Assembly: GCF_018350175.1 (NCBI RefSeq)
Contig: NC_058386.1
Span: 45,694,001-45,758,000 of the forward strand
Direction: 5' to 3'
Source: Felis catus
Taxonomy: Eukaryota
DNA length: 64,000 bases
The translations under genes and the position numbers were made by a program. Shown here piece after piece: positions 10,370-20,017 of this stretch; position 1 is the stretch's first letter, and every line of letters starts with the position of its first letter. Below the pieces are notes generated by a model. It was not told the DNA's origin and ran no database searches. It was given only the letters and a program-made list of their open reading frames with translations.

Positions 10370-12490
10370 CTGGGAGATACTTGTCAGCAGTTGTAATGTC
10401 GGTACCCAGAGAGCTTCAGTCCTAAATCTTCTGCTCCCACCTGCACCTCGTAACTATTAAGGATACTCTGGCAGCAGAGATGAACTTACCCAAAGCTTGT
10501 GATGTCTTCCAGGAGTTACGAGGAAACCCTGGGTGCATCTTCATATCTGACTAGTCCAGAAATATCCTTGAGGTTTGGCAACCCTTTTTCCAGTCTCCTA
10601 TTTACCACATAACCAATTAAAAGATCAGCACAGAGACTGGCTCCATAGTTTAATGTTTCAAAGTAAATACTTTTCTCATTACCGTGGTGGGGGGGGGGGC
10701 ACAGTCTACATGACTGGAAAACAGAATGAAAGCACAACTGTCTAAAAGATAAAATCCCTGAAATGAAAATGTTTGCTTAAGAACTTCCAATTATGAGCAC
10801 AATGCCTTCAGTGGCCTTCCTGCTGAAGTTACATTACAGGTTCCTTGCTCAGTCCTAACCAGGGCAGTTTCTCCCTAGCTACTTCATGGCTGTGGGTTCC
10901 ATCAAGACAAGAGAGGGGGGAGCACTCTGGTCTCCAGCAACTCTTCTCAGGCTCCTGATTCTCCCGCAGACAGTTGCTCACACATGCAAAGGAATGATCT
11001 ATCAAACTCATTTTGAGAATTCCTGGTGCCAGCCCTGTTCTGAGAATAGAAAATCTCAAGTCACCCTGTGGGCACGTGTCCTGACTGTTCTAAGTGCAGA
11101 AGGAGAAATCAAGGCACATGGAGACATGGCCTGCCACCGTGCAGCCAGAGAGCTTACTGGATGAAGTTCAGACAGTACTGCTGCCCACCCTAGGCAACCT
11201 TATGATGGGCCCACCTCTTCTCTTTCTCCCTCTCATTTTTCATGCTTATGTCAGTTTAAGTAGCAGTGAACTAATTTAATCATTTAGAAGTAAACAAGAC
11301 AGGGAAAAGTATTGTGTCTTTAACACAAACACCTCAAAACCTTCTGAGAAGGCAAAAATGGAGTTGAAACCAGATGGTTAGAGGAACCAACCATGTAAGG
11401 ATTCAGGGTGAGACTTCCAGGCAGAGACAACTGTGATCACCAATGTCCTAAGGAGGTAAGAAGCCTGGTGTGTTCGAGGAATAGGAGTAGGCCAGAGTTA
11501 CTGCCGTGAAGACAAGAGATGAGCAGATTGTTCGGATACGAAAACAGTAGCAGTAGATGAGCACAGAACGGGATGGATGGATACAGGATGTTTTCAGAAG
11601 ATCGAATCCAGAGGACGTGGTGCTGGGTTGCAGTGGAGACCAAAGGAACACGTCACGTGAAGAGGCGTGCTTGGGACATGTTAAGTGTCTGCTCCCTTCT
11701 GGTCATCCAGCAAAGACACAGACAAATGTGGGTCTCAGGGGACAGGTTGATGCATGAGGTACGAACGTGGGAGGTCCCGTTGTGTCCATGCTCTGTGCTG
11801 GCACCAAGGATGAAACAACCCACAGAGAGAGTGTAGATGGGAAGGGCCCTGTTAAAAGCCCTGTGGAATAGGGAGTGAGCAATAAACACTGACAAGGAGC
11901 ACAGTGGCCACTGGGGTTGCGAGAACATCACCCAAAGAGTAAAGTTTCAAATAGGCCAAAATACAAATTAGAAGAAAGGGAGGGAGGGACATTTTCAAGA
12001 ACCAGGCAATTGTTAAGTGTACCAGAGCTATCTGAGAGGTACAGTAGGTTGAGGAGAGGACATCATCAAAGGGATTCACTGGTGCCCTTGACAGCTGTTT
12101 TCATTTGGGGGGCAGGCTGATAGAAGCTGGACTGGAGAAGTTAGCAAAAAAAAAAAAAATGGTTACAGAACAAGGAAAGACTTGCTGTTTACAGCAAGCG
12201 AAATGTGGCAGTGTCTCAGAAAGATATGGGATAAGGGATGGCTTTACGTTTTACTGCCTCTTGTATCATAGATAACAGAATGATGGAGAAATAAATGGAT
12301 AGGTGATAATTGGAATCATTGCAAAGTCCTACTCCTCCTCCAGAAGATGGGCATGGGATCCAGGTGAAGGGCCTGGCCTCAGGTAGGATAAGGTCCTTTA
12401 TCCCACAGGGATAGCAGAGATACAGGTGCAGATCAGGTGTTGCTGTGAAGTGGTGAGAGTTCCTGTCTGATAACTGCTCTTTTTTCTTTT

Positions 12491-12556
12491 CTTCTTCTTC
12501 TTCTTCTTCTTCTTCTTCTTCTTCTTCTTCTTCTTCTTCTTCTTCTTCTTCTTCTT
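12491..12556. repeat. (CTT)22 microsatellite in unit 1; (CTT)8-9 in the other units
   Basis: Direct count; accounts for the longer first period. Confidence 0.95.
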
Positions 12557-13574
12557 TTTAATGTATTACCATTGAACTTCTTGAGAAGCGTGGGTCATAG
12601 AGCACTAGAAGGTTACTGCAGATAGAGAAAAGATACAGGTCAGGAGGTTGCAGGATTTCGTCTTCATTAGGGTGTACCAGGAGAGGAGAGAGGAAGGAGC
12701 AAAGACCTGTTTTGCGCGGGACAATTTATAGCCCCTTAAGCTGGCCTAATAGAATGTGACATGACCTAGTGGCCATGGAACCGGGGGTTCCCTAAAGGGC
12801 TTAATGCCTAGGCTGTAGGCGCAGTAGAGGGAGGGGGCTGGAGAACAGGCCTTTTGGGGGTGATGAGAGAGAGGAATGCTAGACAGCGACTCCAGGGAGG
12901 GGAGCGGGGTTCCTGATGTCCAGGGCCCAAGGCAGGTCCATGGGCAGCTGGATATTCGTGTTGGGGAGAACAACCCTGAGGACGGAGAGGACCGGGGGTG
13001 GCCGGTTCGTCTTCTAGGGCCTTGATAGGCCTGGAGGCAGCAGGGGAGGGAGGGCTGAGAGGAGGATAGCAACTGTGCCTTGGGACCAACGTTCACAGGC
13101 TGGAGTGGGCAGAACAATGACCAGGGGATTCGGACACGCCTCGCCCAAAGGACGGTCTGAGAGTCCGGGGATCGAGGAATAGCAGCCGGATAACAGGGGT
13201 TTGGGGCCTTGGACGAGTATGGAAACCGTCTTCAGAGCTGGGCACACAGACTGGCAAGGACCTCACTCAGTCGCCGGAACCAGGCTCAGACCCTCACAAT
13301 TGGAACGCATCCCGAAGCCCTGCCTTTTCCTCTACCGGGCGCCGGAACTTCCGGACGCGGGCCTTCCTGCTTCTGTTGGCTTAGTTCCGGGGCGGGACCA
13401 TAGAAGGCTATTGTGCCGAAGACCGTTGGCCGGGCCACTTCGATTGTACCGCAGCCTTCGCTCCCCCGCAGCAGCATTCCTCTTTGCCACCTCAGCTATG
13501 ATCTGCAGGGCTCTTTACAGGCGAACAGAGGAAACGATGGATTTTCCTTTGTGATGTGTGTCGTTCCGTTTCTC

Positions 13575-13593
13575 TGGCCAGTAGGTGGCAGTG
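13575..13593 (+). promoter_or_regulatory. CTCF core motif, unit 1
   Basis: tggccagtaggtggcagtg fits the CTCF consensus TGGCCASYAGRKGGCRS. Confidence 0.85.
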
Positions 13594-13668
13594 TTGCGCA
13601 CTGTACCAGTTCGGACCACCTCTTCCCCCGCCTTCCGAGTTTGAAAAAACTCAGAGCTGCCTTCTTTT

Positions 13669-13720
13669 AAAAAAAAAAAAACAAACAAACAAACAATAAC
13701 AACAACAACAAAACCAAACA
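13669..13720. repeat. Compound A(n)/(CAAA)n/(CAA)n tract, once per unit, variable between units
   Basis: Differs in structure at ~13669, 20092, 26520, 52247 and 58674. Confidence 0.9.
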
Positions 13721-13929
13721 CAGGACCTTCCTTTTACGCATGCGCGCTTTTGGCTGCCCTGGCTGGAAATAGGTTTTTTCTACGTGTTAGGGACCCAATA
13801 AAACATGCAGCCCTGGGATAAAATCTTTCTACCTTTCAACCTGCTTTTCTTAAACTGCTGCCGAGGTTCTTCACCAACTTGGATGTCTGCGTCTCTAAGT
13901 CGTCTGCTTTTTGGCTTTTCTCCACACGT

Positions 13930-14140
13930 AGTGATTACCAGGCGCGGAGGGGAAGCGGTACTGGGGGGTTCTTAATGAAAGAGTACAAAGATACAGGTCG
14001 GATGATGGAAATTTTGGAAATGGATGATACTGGCGATAGTTGCACAACAGTGTGAACTTCCTGATGGAACCAACCGACGCTCATTTAAACATGCTTAACA
14101 TGGTACGTTTTATGTGATCGGTTTTAGTACCACAAAAGGG
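13930..14140 (+). mobile_element. Old L1 (L1MB-like) 3' UTR fragment embedded in every unit
   Basis: gtgattaccagg...ggaaatggatgatactggcgatagttgcacaacagtgtgaac...ttaacatggtacgttttatgtgat...taccacaaaa matches the L1MB-type 3' end. Confidence 0.75.
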
Positions 14141-15120
14141 AGAGAACACAGGTGACATAGGATAGAGTTTGTCCTAAATAAGTAGTTACACAAATAGGTG
14201 GAAATGAAATGCGGATTTCAAATAAGCCGTGAAAGAACCGGTAGATAACTACTGAAAAGGTACATTGCCCCTCTTGCCTTGCTTGATCTGGGTTGGCCTG
14301 CATTCCCTCCCCATTGTCTCATCGGGTCTCCCCCTTGGTACCTATTGCCTCAGTCAGTGTGCTGCTCTGGGCTGGAAGCAGTGCTCCTCTGTATCCGCGT
14401 GTGCGTGTGTAACAAGCACATTTATTGACAGTCAGGACCCTTTCTCTATGGGTGGCCTCCCACAATACATCCTGTGGTTTAGTTTCTACTCCCTTTTGTG
14501 GCTTGGGCTTTTTTCCTCTTGAGTCAGATGGATGAAGCTTCAGTTACCCTGGTAACCATTTTTCTCTTTTTAAATCATCTCAACGTCTCATCACAAAAAG
14601 ACAAGGAGAGGGAGACAAGTGCTTTCCCATCTATCCTGGACCTTCAGGCAAGCTGACGCCTGAGACTGAGTGACCCAGTGAGGAGCTGCAGAAGAATGTT
14701 GCCATGACAACAGAATGGCTCACCCCCTTCCGGCACACAGCCCCTTCTCCCTCCCTCTCACTGCCTGATAGATCTCACTTCAGAATGGGAACGTGCTTTG
14801 GCTAGGACTGAAGGGATAGGTGTATCGTAGAGGATGGAAGGAGAGAGGTATAATCCTGAGATGCCTTCAGAAGGAACTGGGGGAGGAACCACAGCCTCCC
14901 CAAAAAAAGCATCCTGCACAACAGTGAGGTCCCAGAAGGCTACGGAAGCAATGAAAGCAGAGTAGCTCTAATGTGTTTGTGATTTTCTCCAGCCCTAAAG
15001 GATGCTACAGCATTGTATGCATGGCTCAGGCCCTGGAAAAGGGGGCCTGTGTTGTTAAAGGAGAATGGAGCCTGGCATCACTCGTGGAGGGCATGACAGA
15101 CTTGAGAAGGACCTGCTCAC

Positions 15121-15222
15121 CTCAGTGACAGCTCTTATGAGTTACTCCGCTGTGTCTGTCTGGTCTGCTCTTCCTTCTGTGCTCTGCTTTGGGGGTCCAT
15201 TTCTGGGACATGAAACGTTGTC
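15121..15222 (-). other. Predicted 102-nt non-coding exon, one per unit (also 21549, 27980, 34411, 40843, 47278, 53703, 60121)
   Basis: Minus-strand acceptor cctctcctttaactag| and donor GAG|gtgagc; both conserved in the old copy at 4786-4890. Confidence 0.55.
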
Positions 15223-16336
15223 CTAGTTAAAGGAGAGGACAAGGCAAGGATGCCCCATCCTCCTCTAACATGGACTGATTGGAGGGTGGACAGAGCAGGG
15301 GCCTGTGGGGATGGTGAGCTGGGATCACAGATTCACCAGTGCTCCTCAGACCACAAGGGCACGGTGGGTAATTGATTCTCTCTGGCTGATGTGATCTTCA
15401 TGATTATTCACTCTCAGGACTACACAGAAAAGGAGCCAAAACCCCCACTGAATTCATTGATGGTCTGCTAAGCATCTTTGATATCAATCACGTGACTGGT
15501 CTAGCTGAGGAAGTGCTCAGTCGCTCAGATTTCCACCACACCTTCCTTCTTGCCTCCAAGTGGGGAAGGTGTATGTGTGGCTTACAAGTCTCCCCGGGTG
15601 GTGCTGGAATGGGGTGTATGAAATCCTTATGTTGCTCACAGTGTCCTGGGTGGTTTCTGAGGGAAGGAGGACTCTTGTGTCCCTGGTCCACCTGGTGAAG
15701 TGACCTGCACCACCTTGCATGTGGCTGGTGTAACCTGCTTTTTCCTCTCTCCTCTTGGCCAGTACCTGCTGCTTCCTGGCTGACCCAGCCTCAGCTCACC
15801 TGTGTTGGCATGTGGAGACCTCTTGGATTCTTGGTCTCAACGTCCATCACTTCTGTGGGAAGGGCTGTTGCTCCACAGCCTCAGCTGCAGGGTCACCTAG
15901 TCTGCTGCATGCTTAGTCCTCCTTCATTAACCCCTGATGGGGAGTCACTCACTTTCCACATTTCCTTACCTGGGGATGCAGCCTCTGGAGGGTCACAGCA
16001 CAGCAGGAGCCACGATCAGCTCCAGAAAGCTAAGTTCCTAAACTTCAGCCATCCCTCTGCCCAAAGAGACTGCTGGGTCAGCCTGCAAAGTGAACTCCTC
16101 TGAGTCCCAAACGCAAATCGGTGCAAAATCCTTTCCTCCACTTGTCTGATACATCTCACTTGTCCCCTCCCATTCAGGGGAGTCTGACCTGAGAGCCTTA
16201 CCTCCATCGGCCACCTCTTTGTGTCATGTACTCCTCCAATACTGGGAGACAACATTCATCTTTGCTTGACCTTCATGCTGACAAGACTCCTATAGAGTAT
16301 ATCCAGATCCCAAAGGGAAAGCTTTAGGATTTGCTT

Positions 16337-16365
16337 TTATTATTATTAATTATTATTATTATTAA
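16337..16365. repeat. (TTA)n microsatellite, once per unit
   Basis: Interrupted by an extra A in units 1-5, pure in units 6-8. Confidence 0.9.
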
Positions 16366-16617
16366 GCAAAAAGGGATTGGCTAGTTGAGAAAGAAACATA
16401 AAAGAGAGAGGATTACCAGTCAGTCATGCACCCTTGTGCCATTGTCAGTACGGACGATCTATAAAAGTAAACTCAGAGTTCAAAGACAGACACCATGTTT
16501 TAAAAGGGTCCTAGGAGATGCTTGTCAGCAATTGTAACATCAGTACCCAGAGAGCTTCAATCCTAAATCCTCTGCTCCCACCAGCACCTGGATACTCGGC
16601 AGCAGAGATGAACTTAC

Positions 16618-16832
16618 CCAAAGCTTGTGATGTTTTCCAAGGGTTCTGGGGCAAATCTGGGTGTGTCTTCCTAGGTGACTAGTCCAGGAGTATTTGGAGG
16701 TTTGGCAACCTTTTTTCCAGTCTCCTGTTTACCACATAATGAATTAAAACAGCAGCACGGAGACTGGCTCCATAGTTTAATCGTTCAAAGTAACTACTTT
16801 TCTCATTACCGGGGGAAGCACAGTCTACATGA
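16618..16832 (-). other. Predicted 215-nt non-coding exon, one per unit (also 23046, 29477, 35908, 42340, 48774, 55199, 61617)
   Basis: Minus-strand acceptor ctttaattctgttttccag| and donor TGG|gtaagt; both conserved in the old copy at 10490-10713. Confidence 0.6.
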
Positions 16833-17101
16833 CTGGAAAACAGAATTAAAGAACAACTGCCCTAAAGGTAAAATCCCCAAAATGAAAGTGTTTGCTTGAG
16901 AACTTCCCATTCTGGGCACAATGCCTTTAGTGGCCTTCCTGCTGGAGTTACAGTACAGGTTCCTGGCTCGGTCCTAACCAGGACAGTTTCTCCCTAGCTA
17001 CTTCCATGGGTGTGGGTCCCATACAGACAATACACGTGGGAACACTCTGGCCTCCAGCAGCTCTTCTCAGGCTCCTGATTCTCCCACAGGCAGTCACTCA
17101 C

Positions 17102-17156
17102 AATGCGAAGCAATGATTTATCAAACATCCTGAGAACTCCTGGTGCCAGCTTTGTT
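17102..17156 (-). other. Possible 55-nt exon, one per unit
   Basis: Acceptor ctattttcag| and donor ATT|gtgagt; equivalent sites in the old copy at 10982-11039 (ttttctattctcag|, |gtgagc). Confidence 0.4.
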
Positions 17157-17581
17157 CTGAAAATAGTTTCATTCACCTTACGGGCACATGCCCTGACTGT
17201 CCTAAGTGCAGATGGAGAAACCAAGTCACAGGGACACTAAGGAACGCGCCTGCTGCTATGCAGCCTGCGAGTTCACTAGATGAAGTCTTGAGAGCACTGC
17301 TGCCCACCCTAGGTGTCCTTATGATGGGCCAACCTCTTCTCTTTCTTTCTCTCATTCATCATGGGTATCTCATTTTAAGCAGCAAGTGAAGTAATTTAAC
17401 GACTGAGAAGAAAGTTTTTTTGTGTGTCATTAGTACAAACACCTCAAAACCTGCAGGAGTTACCATGGGGCACACGTGTTCCTGTGGGTTTAAAGGGAGA
17501 TCATCCAGGAACCCTCCCCCGCCCCAGTGATACCCTTTCAGTAACCCACAACAAAGCAACAACAGGTGTCAGGTGACCTTT

Positions 17582-18940
17582 TATTCGGCATTCCATAACA
17601 TTAATGAGAGCCTCTCTTAATAGGTGTGTGGTGCTCTTGTACAAGCTGGTCACGTAGCACTTATCTGGGGAGTGAGAGAATACAAACCAACCAACCAACC
17701 AACCAACCAAGGAATAAGCAAATTAGTGGGCTGTTAGGAAGAAAATAACCCAGGTCCTAGGCCAGGAACAACCTACTTTACACAAGGTGGTCACGGAGAG
17801 CCTCTCTGAGGAGGCAATAATGGAGCAGAAACCAGAAGGTTAGAAGGAACCCACCATGTAAGGATCCAGGGAGAGACTCTTCCAGGCAGCGACGACTGTG
17901 ATCACCAGTGTTCTAAGGAGGGAAGAAGCATGTGCAAGGAACAGGAGTAGGCCAGAGTTACTGCCGTGAAGACAAGAGATGAGCAGATTGTTCGGATACG
18001 AAAACAGTAGCAGTAGATGAGCACAGAACGGGATGGATGGATACAGGATGTTTTCAGAAGATCGAATCCAGAGGACGTGGTGCTGGGTTGCAGTGGAGAC
18101 CAAAGGAACACGTCACGTGAAGAGGCGTGCTTGGGACATGTTAAGTGTCTGCTCCCTTCTGGTCATCCAGCAAAGACACAGACAAATGTGGGTCTCAGGG
18201 GACAGGTTGATGCATGAGGTACGAACGTGGGAGGTCCCGTTGTGTCCATGCTCTGTGCTGGCACCAAGGATGAAACAACCCACAGAGAGAGTGTAGATGG
18301 GAAGGGCCCTGTTAAAAGCCCTGTGGAATAGGGAGTGAGCAATAAACACTGACAAGGAGCACAGTGGCCACTGGGGTTGCGAGAACATCACCCAAAGAGT
18401 AAAGTTTCAAATAGGCCAAAATACAAATTAGAAGAAAGGGAGGGAGGGACATTTTCAAGAACCAGGCAATTGTTAAGTGTACCAGAGCTATCTGAGAGGT
18501 ACAGTAGGTTGAGGAGAGGACATCATCAAAGGGATTCACTGGTGCCCTTGACAGCTGTTTTCATTTGGGGGGCAGGCTGATAGAAGCTGGACTGGAGAAG
18601 TTAGCAAAAAAAAAAAAAAAATGGTTACAGAACAAGGGAAGACTTGCTGTTTACAGCAAGCGAAATGTGGCAGTGTCTCAGAAAGATATGGGATAAGGGA
18701 TGGCTTTACGTTTTACTGCCTCTTGTATCATAGATAACAGAATGATGGAGAAATAAATGGATAGGTGATAATTGGAATCATTGCAAAGTCCTACTCCTCC
18801 TCCAGAAGATGGGCATGGGATCCAGGTGAAGGGCCTGGCCTCAGGTAGGATAAGGTCCTTTATCCCACAGGGATAGCAGAGATACAGGTGCAGATCAGGT
18901 GTTGCTGTGAAGTGGTGAGAGTTCCTGTCTGATAACTGCT
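17582..18940 (-). mobile_element. Ancient LINE-2 embedded in every unit (contains (AACC)n and A(n) tracts)
   Basis: L2 3' end-like ttattcggcattccataacattaatgagagcctct, followed by ggtggtcacggagagcctctctgaggagg, cttccaggcag and ggtgcccttgacag, typical antisense L2 phrases. Confidence 0.75.
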
Positions 18941-19998
18941 CTTTTTTCTTTTCTTCTTCTTCTTCTTCTTCTTCTTCTTTTTAATGTATTACCATTGAAC
19001 TTCTTGAGAAGCGTGGGTCATGGAGCACTAGAAGGTTACTGCAGATAGAGAAAAGATACAGGTCAGGAGGTTGCAGGATTTCGTCTTCATTAGGGTGTAC
19101 CAGGAGAGGAGAGAGGAAGGAGCAAAGACCTGTTTTGCGCGGGACAATTTATAGCCCCTTAAGCTGGCCTAATAGAATGTGACATGACCTAGTGGCCATG
19201 GAACCGGGGGTTCCCTAAAGGGCTTAATGCCTAGGCTGTAGGCGCAGTAGAGGGAGGGGGCTGGAGAACAGGCCTTTTGGGGGTGATGAGAGAGAGGAAT
19301 GCTAGACAGCGACTCCAGGGAGGGGAGCGGGGTTCCTGATGTCCAGGGCCCAAGGCAGGTCCATGGGCAGCCGGATATTCGTGTTGGGGAGAACAACCCT
19401 GAGGACGGAGAGGACCGGGGGTGGCCGGTTCGTCTTCTAGGGCCTTGATAGGCCTGGAGGCAGCAGGGGAGGGAGGGCTGAGAGGAGGATAGCAACTGTG
19501 CCTTGGGACCAACGTTCACAGGCTGGAGTGGGCAGAACAATGACCAGGGGATTCGGACACGCCTCGCCCAAAGGACGGTCTGAGAGTCCGGGGATCGGGG
19601 AATAGCAGCCGGATAACAGGGGTTTGGGGCCTTGGACGAGTATGGAAACCGTCTTCAGAGCTGGGCACACAGACTGGCAAGGACCTCACTCAGTCGCCGG
19701 AACCAGGCTCAGACCCTCACAATTGGAACGCATCCCGAAGCCCTGCCTTTTCCTCTACCGGGCGCCGGAACTTCCGGACGCGGGCCTTCCTGCTTCTGTT
19801 GGCTTAGTTCCGGGGCGGGACCGTAGAAGGCTATTGTGCCGAAGACCGTTCGGCCGGGCCACTTCGATTGTACCGCACCCTTCGCTCCCCCGCAGCAGCA
19901 TTCCTCCTTGCCACCTCAGCTATGATCTGCAGGGCTCTTTACAGGCGAGCAGAGGAAACGATGGATTTTCCTTTGTGATGTGTGTCGTTCCGTTTCTC

Positions 19999-20017
19999 TG
20001 GCCAGTAGGTGGCAGTG
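19999..20017 (+). promoter_or_regulatory. CTCF core motif, unit 2
   Basis: tggccagtaggtggcagtg. Confidence 0.85.

Larger units (their letters stand above)
6810..11482 (+). repeat. Diverged, rearranged edge copy of the macrosatellite unit
   Basis: Collinear with the unit: ggaggggagcggggttcctgatg, aaggacctcactcag-like block, CTCF-like site at 7621, L1 fragment, 9190-9935 vs 14265-15010, 10370-11340 vs 16510-17450; many substitutions plus SINE/LTR insertions and deletions. Confidence 0.92.
12890..13760. promoter_or_regulatory. CpG-rich promoter-like block, present once per unit
   Basis: Dense CpGs; ccggaacttccgg at 13342-13354 (CCGGAAGT on minus strand); ggggcggga at 13389-13397; acgcatgcgcgc at 13736-13747; ETS pair recurs at 19765, 26193, 32624, 39056, 45491, 51920, 58346. 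Confidence 0.75.

Noticed and set aside
10516-10737. Protein-looking ORF over the conserved exon (…RRLEKGLPNLKDISGLV…)
   Set aside because: Begins in the predicted intron and is broken by stops/indels in all young units; no recognisable domain
12386-12413. Overlapping short hairpins (ggataaggtcctttatcc; tatcccacagggata)
   Set aside because: Stems of only 6-8 bp within an L2 relic; too short for a pre-miRNA and expected by chance
13575-13670. Pol III-like unit (tggccagtagg A-box-like, gttcggacc B-box-like, T-run)
   Set aside because: Both boxes miss conserved A positions, a T4 terminator exists only in units 1 and 8, and the CTCF motif explains the sequence better
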